From Nitrosopumilus sp. (GTDB lineage Archaea > Thermoproteota > Nitrososphaeria > Nitrososphaerales > Nitrosopumilaceae): a stretch of DNA of 64,000 nucleotides. A program made the translations under genes and the position numbers. The notes beneath the pieces are model-generated. The model did no database searches. It worked only from the letters and a program-made list of their open reading frames with translations, and was not told where the DNA came from. Position 1 is the first letter of the stretch, and each line of letters opens with the position of its first letter. Below, piece by piece: positions 21,811 to 32,336 of the stretch. The stretch lies in the NCBI GenBank assembly GCA_965203315.1, contig OZ241857.1:1876505-1940504 (forward strand), in the 5' to 3' direction.

Positions 21811-22263
21811 CTAGTGCCAAGATAATTGCATGTCAAACACAAATGAGAGTGATGTCTGTTTGAATCCCAGACGTTTGTAAAATTGATGAGATCGTTGTCT
21901 CTGATTTCCTGTCTCTAATCTGATTCGATGACATCCATATTGTCTTGCCAGTGATATGCATTCATTGACTAGTCTTGTTCCTATGCCACAAGACCTCAAA
22001 TCATGAGTAACGATCAACTCTGGTATATACATCTCTTTTGTAATGCGATTTAATCTAGACAGAAACATGATGCTGATCATGCCTACGATTCTGTCATCAT
22101 GTATGGCTACCAATATCATCTTGTCCTGATCTATTATGTATTGTTCAATGATATCTCTAAACCCATCTATATTACCGTCAGGTCTTGGACGCCCAAGTTC
22201 GTATAGCATTTCAAGTATGTCGTCTATACTCTGTTCGGTCGCAGCCTTGATTATCAGATTCAT
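21811..22263 (-). CDS. GNAT acetyltransferase
   Basis: RSCGIGTRL motif A and FYKRLGF. Confidence 0.9.
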   Translation of the reverse strand: MNLIIKAATEQSIDDILEMLYELGRPRPDGNIDGFRDIIEQYIIDQDKMILVAIHDDRIVGMISIMFLSRLNRITKEMYIPELIVTHDLRSCGIGTRLVNECISLARQYGCHRIRLETGNQRQRSHQFYKRLGFKQTSLSFVFDMQLSWH

Positions 22264-22340
22264 TCATAATGGTACAACACTGCAATAGATATACGCAGCT
22301 GATCTGTGCATTACACAACCGTTAAAACTATGATGTTCAT

Positions 22341-23207
22341 TTAACGTGTTTTACATATTATCAGATCAACTTTGTAGCAAAGTCTGGCGCGATCATATAG
22401 ATTTAGATTCCATGCTATATGTGAAGGATCTGACGTACCATAAATGATATCAAATCCAAGTTGCTGCATAGCTATGCGTAATGAGCCAGGTTCTAGCCTC
22501 TTCACTACGTGCTGTCGTTCAAAGTCATAGGGATCTGTTATCACGACATAACCATTTGAGATCTGACGCGAGATACACTCTAGCAATCTATGCGGTTCAA
22601 TTATCTCAAGAATGTTTAATGCGATGACGATATCAAATTGTTTACTAAATATCTCAGATAGCGAATCTGCCACAAAATAGTCTAGATTTGCCCGATGGTT
22701 TCGTTTTGCTTGCCAGATTGCGCTAAATGATCTGTCTATTCCCAGTACTGTGTCATGACTTTTGGCAAGATGAGCTGCAATTGTACCTATGGAGCAACCA
22801 TGTTCTAATACAATATTAGATCTTGGAATCAGTGACAATTTGGATCTAATCACATGGTAGAACTTGCTTTTTACACTGTTTTGATATATTCTGGTCCATC
22901 TATCTTCAATCACGCCTCGATCTTCTTTATACTGTATGCCTGTTATTGCATTCTTTAGATAGTCTCTCATGACTTTGCTTTTAGATATCTGATAGAGTTT
23001 ACCAACTAGTGATCTGCGTTCTGCTAGATATGTTGTAATGTCATTCCATAGTATCGGCACTCGATCTATTATGGGGAACTTTAAACCACAGCAGTTACAT
23101 TCTAGTATCCCTTCAACAATCTCTAGATCTTTAATCAATACCTCAACTTTTAGTCTCTCTTTACATATCATACATTGTAAGATATCTAGACTAGACTCTA
23201 ACATCAT
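22341..23207 (-). CDS. Class I SAM methyltransferase with an N-terminal Trm112-like zinc module
   Basis: CMIC...CNCC...FPIIDRVPIL; LEHGCSIG. Confidence 0.8.
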   Translation of the reverse strand: MMLESSLDILQCMICKERLKVEVLIKDLEIVEGILECNCCGLKFPIIDRVPILWNDITTYLAERRSLVGKLYQISKSKVMRDYLKNAITGIQYKEDRGVIEDRWTRIYQNSVKSKFYHVIRSKLSLIPRSNIVLEHGCSIGTIAAHLAKSHDTVLGIDRSFSAIWQAKRNHRANLDYFVADSLSEIFSKQFDIVIALNILEIIEPHRLLECISRQISNGYVVITDPYDFERQHVVKRLEPGSLRIAMQQLGFDIIYGTSDPSHIAWNLNLYDRARLCYKVDLIICKTR

Positions 23208-23315
23208 TTATGTAATATGCGTCATGCTAATAATCGCTTTGTACTGTTTCGGCACATTCCAGTATTATCTCAATTGAATATACCAAGATAGTGTTAAATG
23301 TAGTTTAGACTAGCT

Positions 23316-24518
23316 GTGTACAACTTGAGTGAGTTTGAAGAGTTTGCAGAAGCATTATTTGGTCAACTCTCAGTTGAGCTTGATGAAGAACGAGATATAG
23401 TGGAGATGGCCATAAAAGCAGATGAAGAATTAGCAGGAAAGGTCAAGTTTCGAGATCTGCGAGATATCACATCGAATATAGTGGATCAATTCAAGACAGA
23501 GATTGATGGTATCTTTGGAGTTCAGACACCACAAGATCTGCGTGTCGAGTATCTAGAACTAGATGCACTAAAACGACTAAAATGCAGCAAGGTCTTTGCA
23601 GATCCTGCCGCTAGCGAGTTTGTGGCTAGATTGTTTGCTGCAGTAATATCTCAAGATTCTAGAGCAATTGCAACTCTTATGCAAGAAGATACTGCAAAAT
23701 ATCTAGTATACTCGACATATGCAATCCAGTACATATCGAAACTCACAACTACTTATGGTGACTATCTAGACTCTGTGATATACCTAAACGAGTTTATTCT
23801 ATCGCGTTACCCACAGATAATTCTCTACAAGCAAGGTGAACCATACAGTACAAGATTTGACGACGTTAACTCAGGATATGTTGGTGCCGTAAAGATGACA
23901 GTACTAGAAGAGTTGATTCATTCAACACAGGGAAACTTGCATTTACTGAACAAGAATGCCGCAATGCAAGTGAACAAGATCAATGAAGAGTTGGCAGAGA
24001 TAATTCTAACACTAGACTCGTCAACGATCGACATGTTGACAGAGTACTGTCAACTACAAGCTGTCCCTGACGACTTTCCTTTTGCCAAGAGAGCAAACTT
24101 GTTCTTCTTTTTGAACCCAGATCACTTTCTTATCGAACAGATCGGACCTGATGTTTTGACGTTTACTCATGTGGAGATAGATCCCAAGATAGGCACTGCT
24201 ATTCCACAACTGCTTGATATATACAAGAGGTGGCTTGGACCAATCCAACAACACCACGCAGCGTTTACATCTATGGAAGGTATGGCGGCATTTGCAGTAG
24301 AACGAATACTGTACAACGATTCAGACTTTACACGTTATCTTGGAACATTTATGGGAACTGACTTTACATCATATCAAGTACGAAAGAACATTGGAAAAGA
24401 CTTTACTGCTCTAGTGTATTCCGAGTTTGGATCAGAGTCTTTCTCAAAGATTATTAAAATGCCTCCTAGCACCCTTGAACTCAAAGAGCCACAACTGTAT
24501 ATTCAAAGACTGAGGTAA
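23316..24518 (+). CDS. Conserved hypothetical protein, possible zincin-like fold
   Basis: 400-aa ORF with EELIHS and SMEGMA segments. Confidence 0.6.
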   Translation: MYNLSEFEEFAEALFGQLSVELDEERDIVEMAIKADEELAGKVKFRDLRDITSNIVDQFKTEIDGIFGVQTPQDLRVEYLELDALKRLKCSKVFADPAASEFVARLFAAVISQDSRAIATLMQEDTAKYLVYSTYAIQYISKLTTTYGDYLDSVIYLNEFILSRYPQIILYKQGEPYSTRFDDVNSGYVGAVKMTVLEELIHSTQGNLHLLNKNAAMQVNKINEELAEIILTLDSSTIDMLTEYCQLQAVPDDFPFAKRANLFFFLNPDHFLIEQIGPDVLTFTHVEIDPKIGTAIPQLLDIYKRWLGPIQQHHAAFTSMEGMAAFAVERILYNDSDFTRYLGTFMGTDFTSYQVRKNIGKDFTALVYSEFGSESFSKIIKMPPSTLELKEPQLYIQRLR

Positions 24519-24529
24519 CAGTTGGTACC

Positions 24530-25360
24530 ATGTTTGATCCATTTGTATCTGAATGGACTACATTTGTAAAGAGCCCTAGTTTTACTTTGATCGAAAAATT
24601 ATTAAAGACAGCACAGACTCTTGAATATCCTGATCTAGACATAAACAAGTATGTCTTGGAAGTATCTAGAATTGGCGCATCGTTCAAAGAGTCAACAATT
24701 ACTATACGCGATACATCTCAAAAAATCTCTCTATTGAATAAACATCTATTTACAAATCTGGGATTCACAAACCAACAAAATATACGCAATATTGACGGTA
24801 ACATGTTGAATCGAGTACTCGACATAAAGATCGGGACACCCATAACATTGGCAATAATATACACAAATACAGCAAAGTACACAAAATTAGATCTAGACAT
24901 AGTACAATATGGCTCAAATATCTTGATTCAACATGACGAGATATTATTTGATGTTTTACAATCTTGTCCTAGTCTGCTTATGGATGATATCGCAAATGAT
25001 GTCACGAGTGACACAACAGATGTCGTAAAATACTATACGCGAGATGATATTGGATACGAGTCTATCGTTGGTATCTACGATACAAATAAGATACTGATTC
25101 ATCTATTACATAATCTAAAGAGATCATATGCTGAATTCTACTCTTATGATAAATCTATGTTGTGTGTTAATATGATCCTTGGTATCGCACCATATCTCGC
25201 AGAAGATATCCGAGACAAAGGCATACTTGAAGATCGATTATTGAATTTTGCATCTGCATTATCGTATTTAGAGAAATATCTAGAGATCGAACCGGACGCA
25301 GATGACGCAGACTTTGTTTTAGATCTGATTCAAGATATACGACAAAAGATCAATCGATGA
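24530..25360 (+). CDS. SirB1/transglutaminase-like protein with C-terminal TPR
   Basis: EYPDLD, LNRVLD..GTPITLAIIY, NLKRSY and YLEIEPDADDA. Confidence 0.8.
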   Translation: MFDPFVSEWTTFVKSPSFTLIEKLLKTAQTLEYPDLDINKYVLEVSRIGASFKESTITIRDTSQKISLLNKHLFTNLGFTNQQNIRNIDGNMLNRVLDIKIGTPITLAIIYTNTAKYTKLDLDIVQYGSNILIQHDEILFDVLQSCPSLLMDDIANDVTSDTTDVVKYYTRDDIGYESIVGIYDTNKILIHLLHNLKRSYAEFYSYDKSMLCVNMILGIAPYLAEDIRDKGILEDRLLNFASALSYLEKYLEIEPDADDADFVLDLIQDIRQKINR

Positions 25361-25520
25361 TAGAAGAGATATCGTCGCCTTTCTTGATCATGGATATCTC
25401 ATAACGGGCAAGCTTGTTTCGCAACGCGCGCTTTAATATCTCATGCTCTGTCTTCAACAGTGCTATCTCGTCCTCGAGTTTCGCTACTCGCTCATAGATG
25501 GTCTCTGCCTCTGAACCCAT
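25350..25520 (-). CDS. Small coiled-coil hypothetical protein, 56 aa (not in the ORF track)
   Basis: MGSEAETIYERVAKLEDEIALLKTEHEILKRALRNKLARYEISMIKKGDDISSIID. Confidence 0.65.
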   Translation of the reverse strand: MGSEAETIYERVAKLEDEIALLKTEHEILKRALRNKLARYEISMIKKGDDISSIID

Positions 25521-25775
25521 GACTTGTACAGTAAACCTGTATTAAAAAAAGCTATTGATCAATTTTATCTACGTGCCTAGTAAATCTTGATTGTCATATT
25601 TGACGACAATGTTGACTCTGGTTCAAAAAGTACATTGGTATTGTGTGGTTTGTACTAGGTGCTTAACTCTGTCACTAGTAAGAGATATGATAAAGATACG
25701 TCTAGCGTGACTATCTATATCCTGCGTACGTATTATGTATAAACATTTATATCTTACTGTAATTTACGATATTTT

Positions 25776-26921
25776 ATGGTGGAAGAACTAAGATTAGATA
25801 GTTTGGCTGGCGTAGGTCCAGTAACTACCAAAAAGCTATCAGACGCTGGCATTCATAACATCATGGATCTAATAGTTCGCGGTCCTGTAGAGATCGCAGA
25901 GATCACAGGGATGGAGAAAGAAGCTAGTGAAAAGATCGTCAACAAGGCTAGACAGCATCTCGTTGATGGTGGTATGCTTGCAAATCACTTTACAAGCGCA
26001 AAAGAGATCTATGAGCATCGTCAAAGTATAGGCAAGATTACGACTGGAACACAATGTCTAGATTCTCTCTTTGATGGAGGAGTTGAGACACAAGCAATCA
26101 CTGAAGTATATGGCGAATTTGGTTGTGGCAAGACACAATTTGCTCATACCATGTCTGTGATGGTTCAACGACCAAAGAACGATGGTGGTCTAGAAGGTGG
26201 TGTACTGTATATTGACACAGAGAATACCTTTAGACCTGAGAGGATAGTTGCAATAGCAAAAGCACACAACATGGATCCAGAAAAGACTCTAGATAACATC
26301 ATTGTTGCACGTGCATACAATAGCGCGCATCAAATACTGATCCTTGAAGAGGCGAGCACAGTGATCAAAGAGAACAACATCAAATTAATCGTTGCAGACT
26401 CTGCTGTGGGACTATTCCGTTCTGAGTATCTTGGACGTGGCACATTGTCTAACAGACAACAAAGACTGAATCACTTTGTTCACATGTTGTCTAGAATTGC
26501 AGAGACATACAATTGTGCTGCAATTGCAACAAACCAAGTCATGGCATCACCTGATGTCTTTTTTGGCGATCCAACACGTCCGATTGGAGGAAATGTTGTT
26601 GCACACACTAGTACATATCGAATCTACTTCAAGAAATCTGGTAAGAAGCGTATTGCTAGAATGGTTGATAGTCCACATCATCCAGAGGAAGAGGTAATCT
26701 TTAGTCTGGGTGAAGCAGGAGTAATGGACCTAGAAGACGCAGAACAGGCAAAGAAAGCACGAGAGAAGGCAAAAAAGACCAAGACCAAAGCTAAAGCAGA
26801 CAAAGATCTAAAAGCAGACGCCGATTCCGACTCGGATGAATCGCACACTGATGATATTGACACCGATACTGGTGTTGAGAATGTGACATCCGACATGGAT
26901 GAAGATAACACTAACGAGTAA
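25776..26921 (+). CDS. radA: DNA repair recombinase RadA
   Basis: GEFGCGKTQ, YIDTENTFRPER and GGNVVAH. Confidence 0.97.
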   Translation: MVEELRLDSLAGVGPVTTKKLSDAGIHNIMDLIVRGPVEIAEITGMEKEASEKIVNKARQHLVDGGMLANHFTSAKEIYEHRQSIGKITTGTQCLDSLFDGGVETQAITEVYGEFGCGKTQFAHTMSVMVQRPKNDGGLEGGVLYIDTENTFRPERIVAIAKAHNMDPEKTLDNIIVARAYNSAHQILILEEASTVIKENNIKLIVADSAVGLFRSEYLGRGTLSNRQQRLNHFVHMLSRIAETYNCAAIATNQVMASPDVFFGDPTRPIGGNVVAHTSTYRIYFKKSGKKRIARMVDSPHHPEEEVIFSLGEAGVMDLEDAEQAKKAREKAKKTKTKAKADKDLKADADSDSDESHTDDIDTDTGVENVTSDMDEDNTNE

Positions 26922-26922
26922 T

Positions 26923-26946
26923 CTTTTTCCTTTTTTTATTTTTTTA
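26923..26946 (+). terminator. Oligo-T terminator after radA
   Basis: T-rich tract immediately after the stop codon. Confidence 0.55.
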
Positions 26947-27117
26947 TTATGCATCAATGTCATGATGTGTTGCTGATCTTTTGTGGGTGTCAAAACAATG
27001 AATAACAATGAATCTGATGTTTGTCCTTTTCTACATATATCTGTCTTTACATTTTTGCACGTGTGTACGGACTTTACATTAAGTATTAAAATAGGCTATA
27101 GATAGACTTGAGATCAG

Positions 27118-27417
27118 TTGGCAACGAAAAAGTCACATGGACGTTCACATGGCTTCAAGCACAAGTCTAGATCTGTAATGAAGAAAAAGTCCCCTAGGGG
27201 AGTCTCTTTTCTACTCCAACACTACGAAGAGGGTCAACAAGCCTTGGTGATAATCGATCCAAGACAACACAAGGGACTGCCCCACAGGCGTTATCATGGT
27301 AAAGTAGGCGTAATAACTGCGATCGGCAGACGTGCTGTGACCTTGAATGTGAAATTAGGTAATAAAACGAAGACCTTAATTACTAGGCTAGATCATATAA
27401 AACCGTTTGGTGTGTAG
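27118..27417 (+). CDS. rpl21e: 50S ribosomal protein L21e
   Basis: HKGLPHRRYHGKVG. Confidence 0.95.
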   Translation: MATKKSHGRSHGFKHKSRSVMKKKSPRGVSFLLQHYEEGQQALVIIDPRQHKGLPHRRYHGKVGVITAIGRRAVTLNVKLGNKTKTLITRLDHIKPFGV

Positions 27418-27419
27418 GT

Positions 27420-27818
27420 ATGGAAGAACAAGAACAAATTGCTATTTCGCTTGCAGAGGTTAAAGAGATTCTAGGTGATGTAGATCTAGAGAATATGGAT
27501 CAGATCCAGCGATGGACATATGACTATGTATCCAAGTTTGCAACAACAGAACCAGCAAATGCCAAAGAGATGAAGAAGCAGCTCCTAAAAGAGTGTAATA
27601 ACTTGACAGAGAAAGAAGTGTCTGATATAATGAAACATGGAACTGGCTCAAAATACTTGAGCAAGTGTTCTACTTTGACTATCGAGGAAGCAGTAGAAAT
27701 TGTAAATATTCGACCAACCAGTCTTGCAGAACTTCGTTCGTTTACATTTGGCTGGAAGAAGCTAATTCTAGCAGAGACACTAGAAAAGATGCTCAAGATA
27801 ATCAAGGAGTATACATAG
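27420..27818 (+). CDS. rpoF: RNA polymerase subunit Rpo4 (F)
   Basis: IQRWTYDY and EAVEIVNIRP; conserved rpl21e-rpoF-DUF655-ksgA order. Confidence 0.88.
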   Translation: MEEQEQIAISLAEVKEILGDVDLENMDQIQRWTYDYVSKFATTEPANAKEMKKQLLKECNNLTEKEVSDIMKHGTGSKYLSKCSTLTIEEAVEIVNIRPTSLAELRSFTFGWKKLILAETLEKMLKIIKEYT

Positions 27819-27841
27819 CTCTTTGGAGTGAATATTGTCTG

Positions 27842-28387
27842 ATGTATAAAACACGGAAATTTGATAAAGCATACATACTTGACTTTAGACCTAGAACCAG
27901 ATCTGTAAACAATAAACGAAAGGAAGGAACAATCATTACTGCACTTGAGGGAAACAACTTTAGATTATTAGAGATACTTGGAAGAGAAGACTCAAAGTTT
28001 GATATTGGTAATCTGATTAGTTTAGAAAAAAATAAACAAATAGTCATGGTTTTAGGCGAACTAGAGTATACTCAGATATCTGCAACAGCTATATCCAATA
28101 TTCCCAACGTGGTCACAAATATTGTAGAGACATACGAGACGAGATTTATAGAATACATAAACACATCTAGATCACTCACTCCTAGAATTCACTCACTCGA
28201 ATTAATTCCCGGTATTGGTAAAGCATACATGAAGATGATGCTTGAAGAACGAGAGATAAAAAAATTTGAGAGCTATAAAGATATACAGGAACGTGTAGGG
28301 CTTTACGATCCTGTTAAGCATATCACTGAAAGAATTGTGGATGAACTTGCAGGTAAGGGCAATGTTAAACTCTTTGTTCGCCGATGA
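27842..28387 (+). CDS. DUF655 predicted RNA-binding protein
   Basis: AYILDF, TPRIHSLELIPGIGK and FESYKDIQERV. Confidence 0.88.
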   Translation: MYKTRKFDKAYILDFRPRTRSVNNKRKEGTIITALEGNNFRLLEILGREDSKFDIGNLISLEKNKQIVMVLGELEYTQISATAISNIPNVVTNIVETYETRFIEYINTSRSLTPRIHSLELIPGIGKAYMKMMLEEREIKKFESYKDIQERVGLYDPVKHITERIVDELAGKGNVKLFVRR

Positions 28388-29079
28388 TTAAAAAGAAGCG
28401 GTTGGGCCAACACTTTCTCAACTCAGATACAATTGCTCGAGACATAGCAACAAATGCCAAGATATCAAAACATGATGCTGTCTTTGAGGTAGGGACCGGC
28501 TATGGAATTTTAACGGCTCTCTTATGTGATATGGCAAGAGAGGTCATATCTGTGGATATCGATAAAAGATTGATCGATGACGCTAGAATCAAATTCGCTC
28601 ATATCGAGAATCTTACACTAGAGTGCGGTGATGGTTTTACAGGTACGCGGAACTTTACAGTATTTGTCTCAAATTTACCATATTCTCAGAGTCGAGCCGC
28701 AATAGAGTGGTTGTCTCAACAAGACTTTGTACGTGGGACAATAATGATCCAAGATGAGTTTGCCAAGAAACTAGCTGTTCCGACTAGTCGTGCAGTAAGT
28801 GTCATTGCCAACTATTGCTTTGAGATGAGTACATGCATGCATGTGTCTAGTAACAACTTTTTACCACCTCCCAAAGTTGACTCTGTTGTTATATGTATAC
28901 GACAGAAACGTAGGCTAGGAATATCTATGATCAAAGCCATAAACCACATCTTTGCATATCGTCGCAAGACAGTAAAGAACATAATGCGTCAATTTGGTAT
29001 CTCTAGTGATATGCAGTGTCGTATAGATAATCTAAGTGTGGAGGAGATCATAGATATTGCACGACAGATCGTCAAGTGA
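28384..29079 (+). CDS. rsmA: 16S rRNA adenine dimethyltransferase
   Basis: LGQHFL, EVGTGYG, SNLPY and FLPPPKVDS. Confidence 0.93.
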   Translation: MIKKKRLGQHFLNSDTIARDIATNAKISKHDAVFEVGTGYGILTALLCDMAREVISVDIDKRLIDDARIKFAHIENLTLECGDGFTGTRNFTVFVSNLPYSQSRAAIEWLSQQDFVRGTIMIQDEFAKKLAVPTSRAVSVIANYCFEMSTCMHVSSNNFLPPPKVDSVVICIRQKRRLGISMIKAINHIFAYRRKTVKNIMRQFGISSDMQCRIDNLSVEEIIDIARQIVK

Positions 29080-29599
29080 ATATACTCCGGCAGAAGACAC
29101 ATTCTTTATCGCTGACAATATCTGTTCGGAACAAGGGGATATGGCTCTAGATGTTGGAAGCGGATCTGGATACTTGACTAACATACTTGCCAAAAACTTT
29201 GAGTATGTAGTCGGAACAGATATTGTATTTGATGTTCTCCGTGATCAAACATACAAGACTACCAACCTCATATGCTGCAACGCTGCAGATGCATTACATG
29301 CAATGTTTGATTTAGTGATATGCAATATGCCCTATCTTGCTACAGATACAATACAAGACGTTGCAACAGATGGTGGCTACAGAGGATTAGACGTACCTAC
29401 AAAGATACTCGATTCTGTATACCCTCAAGTTCGACTAGGTGGCAAATTTATGTTTGTGACATCATCTCTATCATCTTATCAATGTTTGATCAGATATGCA
29501 AAACAATTAGGATTCGATGCAAAGGCAGTTGCAACAAAAAAACTATTCTTTGAGGAGTTGATTTTGATATCTGCTGTCAAGTCAACGTCTGAGGTTTAA
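29057..29599 (+). CDS. HemK2/PrmC-like methyltransferase
   Basis: YTPAEDT, DVGSGSG, NMPY and KKLFFEEL. Confidence 0.88.
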   Translation: MHDRSSSEYTPAEDTFFIADNICSEQGDMALDVGSGSGYLTNILAKNFEYVVGTDIVFDVLRDQTYKTTNLICCNAADALHAMFDLVICNMPYLATDTIQDVATDGGYRGLDVPTKILDSVYPQVRLGGKFMFVTSSLSSYQCLIRYAKQLGFDAKAVATKKLFFEELILISAVKSTSEV

Positions 29600-30613
29600 T
29601 CTGGTATAATCGATTATCGCATCTGTCATCTGTGATGTAGATGCACTGCCACCAATATCCCATGTAACTGTCTTGCCTTCGTTGATGACCTTTTCTGTTG
29701 CCGAAAATATTGCATGACTGATCTCTCGTTCACCTAGATACTCTATCATCCATGCACCTGAAAGTATAGTTGCGGTGGGATTTACTTTATTCTGCCCTGC
29801 AAACTGTGGTGCACTGCCATGCGCAGCTTCAAACATTGCATAACTGTCTCCCATATTTGCTGAATATATTAGACCTATTGATCCTACCAAACCAGACGCA
29901 AGTTCTGATATGATGTCCATAAAGAGGTTTGTACTAGCAAGTACTGCACCATTAAACTGTTCAGGAGCTACAACTAGCTGTTGTGCCATATTGTCGATAT
30001 ATATCTCAGAGAGTTTGATGTCTGTACCTTGTACTGCTTCTTGAGCAGAACTCCAAAATATTCCGTCAGTCTCTTTGAGGATATTCCGTTTTGTTATTGC
30101 CACCAACTTTTTCATATTGTGCTCTTGGGCCCATCTTACAGCTGATCTCATAAATCTGTCACAGTTGGGTTTGGATATCTTTCTGATTGCAATAGCGGCA
30201 TCGCCTGTAACTCGTGTCTCGATTCCAGTGTACAGGCCTTCGGTTGCTTCACGAAAACATACACAATCAAGATTTGTATTTGGGGATAATCTGGGATATG
30301 TCTTTGTCGGACGGATATTTGCATATAGTTCAAATTTTTGTCGCAATGTTACTGCAACACTTTTGGGTGCATGTGGTATCGGAATTGTTGTAGTTGGACC
30401 CTTGAAACAGGCATCTGCCTCTTCTAATATCTTGATTGTATCGTTTGGGATATATGTTGCATCTCGTCTACCGTTCTGTTCCCATTGCTCAGAGCCTGCA
30501 ACACATGGAATGATCTCAACTTGACTATTACATTCCCTGATGACTCGTAACATAGAATCAACAACTTCGGGACCGATTCCGTCTCCTCTCATTACAGCTG
30601 CTTTTTTACCCAA
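29582..30613 (-). CDS. Isocitrate/isopropylmalate dehydrogenase family protein
   Basis: GDGIGPEV, REATEGLY, FEAAHGSAP and NPTATILS. Confidence 0.9.
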   Translation of the reverse strand: MGKKAAVMRGDGIGPEVVDSMLRVIRECNSQVEIIPCVAGSEQWEQNGRRDATYIPNDTIKILEEADACFKGPTTTIPIPHAPKSVAVTLRQKFELYANIRPTKTYPRLSPNTNLDCVCFREATEGLYTGIETRVTGDAAIAIRKISKPNCDRFMRSAVRWAQEHNMKKLVAITKRNILKETDGIFWSSAQEAVQGTDIKLSEIYIDNMAQQLVVAPEQFNGAVLASTNLFMDIISELASGLVGSIGLIYSANMGDSYAMFEAAHGSAPQFAGQNKVNPTATILSGAWMIEYLGEREISHAIFSATEKVINEGKTVTWDIGGSASTSQMTDAIIDYTRLNLRR

Positions 30614-30760
30614 AACTGTTTATCTAGTATAATCTAATTATTTAATTCTAACCAATATTCGATGATTTGTCGTGTCTTGGAAATAAGTGTACAGTCTTAC
30701 GTTTTGCTATGTAATTGAATCTATCTACAAATATCTACATCACAGCATACTTTGATACCC

Positions 30761-30820
30761 TCTTACATCTTCTTACATCTTCTTGTATACGCTTGTATAC
30801 TCTTGTATACACTTGTATAC
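30761..30820. repeat. 10-bp-period tandem repeat
   Basis: TCTTACATCT x2 followed by NCTTGTATAC x4. Confidence 0.85.
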
Positions 30821-30862
30821 ACATATGTGATGATTTAATATTGACAACATGTAATCAAATTT

Positions 30863-31603
30863 ATGAAGATTGTTCAGATCTCAGATCTACACGTTGGTTC
30901 ACAATTCATACAATCCAAATTTGACATACTAGTTGAAGAAGTAAATGCTCTACAACCTGACGTGATTATAGTTACTGGTGATCTAACAAATCAAGGACTA
31001 CAAAAAGAATATGAACGATGCAAGCAACTATTGTCTAGCTTTAACACTGAGAGAATAGTCACAATCAGTGGAAATCATGACTATCGCAATACCGGTTATC
31101 TGTTATTCAAGAGATATTTTCCATTTGATACCATAAACGAGTTAAATGATAATGTTGTACTGGTTACTGTGGGAACTGCTAGACCTGATAGGGATGAGGG
31201 AGAGGTTGGTTATAGACAAAATCTCTGGCTTGAACGAACCATGAAAAAATACAAAGATCATGTAAAGATAGTTGCAATGCATCACCATCTTATCGCAATA
31301 CCTGATACCGGCGCTGATCAACTAACTGTAATCGACGCAGGTGATGTACTACGAACTATTCTGGCAACAGATGTCAATGTAGTATTGTGCGGACACAAAC
31401 ATAGACCGTGGTTATGGAGGTTAGGTGATCTTAATGTTGTAAATGCTGGAACAGCCACATCTGAACGAGTTAGGGGTTTTTTTGAGAACACATACAATAT
31501 ACTCACCGTCACAGATTCTAATGTTCATATAGATCTCAAGATAGTTGGCGGGGATACACAGCCACTCGAAGATATCGTCACAAATTCCAATTCCGACATC
31601 TAA
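30863..31603 (+). CDS. Calcineurin-like metallophosphoesterase
   Basis: SDLH, TGDL, GNHD, HHH and GHKH. Confidence 0.93.
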   Translation: MKIVQISDLHVGSQFIQSKFDILVEEVNALQPDVIIVTGDLTNQGLQKEYERCKQLLSSFNTERIVTISGNHDYRNTGYLLFKRYFPFDTINELNDNVVLVTVGTARPDRDEGEVGYRQNLWLERTMKKYKDHVKIVAMHHHLIAIPDTGADQLTVIDAGDVLRTILATDVNVVLCGHKHRPWLWRLGDLNVVNAGTATSERVRGFFENTYNILTVTDSNVHIDLKIVGGDTQPLEDIVTNSNSDI

Positions 31604-32036
31604 ATGTGTTGTTATTGATAGCGTATAGATTATTTGCATAAAAATATGATCAGATAGAAACAAGTACACATTTGTCGATCAAGACTGTTACTGATCAATA
31701 GATTTCTAACCGAGTTAGGAGCGACAGAATTGTTAAACGTACTAGCGCATCATGGGTAAGCATGAGCTCATTTCTATTCGTGTCTGTTCTATCAGATCGA
31801 GTTGGCGAACTGACTCTAGATGTTCATCTTTGTTTTGGTCACTGATTGTCTAGATTTTATCTGAATTAGAGTTAGATTTCTCTGAACGAAAATCTTTGAT
31901 CAACCTTTTTTCCTGGAAACGCCAGTAATGTCTACACACTGCTATTCTGGCATATCATCTATTATGAAATCATCTATTGTGAAATTAAGAGCTGAAACGT
32001 CTGCTTTATTTACAGACTGATTGTAGGGCTACATGT

Positions 32037-32123
32037 GCGGAGATCGCCTAGCCTGGTAGGGCGTGGGATTGCTAATCCCATGTCCGCAAGGACACGGGGG
32101 TTCAAATCCCCCTCTCCGCGCCA
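32037..32123 (+). tRNA. tRNA-Ser(GCT)
   Basis: Acceptor stem GCGGAGA/TCTCCGC; anticodon arm TGGGA-TTGCTAA-TCCCA; long variable arm; encoded CCA. Confidence 0.93.
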
Positions 32124-32207
32124 TGAATCTTGTACACCTACAAACCAGTCTTAGATCTAGAATGTCAGAACTAGATTTTACTGACTTGTAGATCAGTAGC
32201 AGCTGTG

Positions 32208-32336
32208 TCGTCACAGCCGAAATTATTTTCCTATTCTCTTTTGCGTATGTGTGGTTACGGACATAGTTTACATCTCGGATATAGATAAACTAGATTACAC
32301 TAACAAATACTAGGAAAACAATTATGCTCACAACTA
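32208..32336. mobile_element. Probable MITE family C copy
   Basis: Ends gtcacagccgaaattattttccta / actaggaaaacaattatgctcacaacta resemble the ends of the insert at 47611-47741. Confidence 0.5.

Noticed and set aside
26740-26921. Lys-rich then acidic tail of RadA
   Set aside because: Low-complexity C-terminal extension that I recall being usual in thaumarchaeal RadA; no intein motifs
30761-30820. Possible CRISPR array
   Set aside because: 10-bp tandem units without spacers; no cas genes or repeat-spacer array seen in the window
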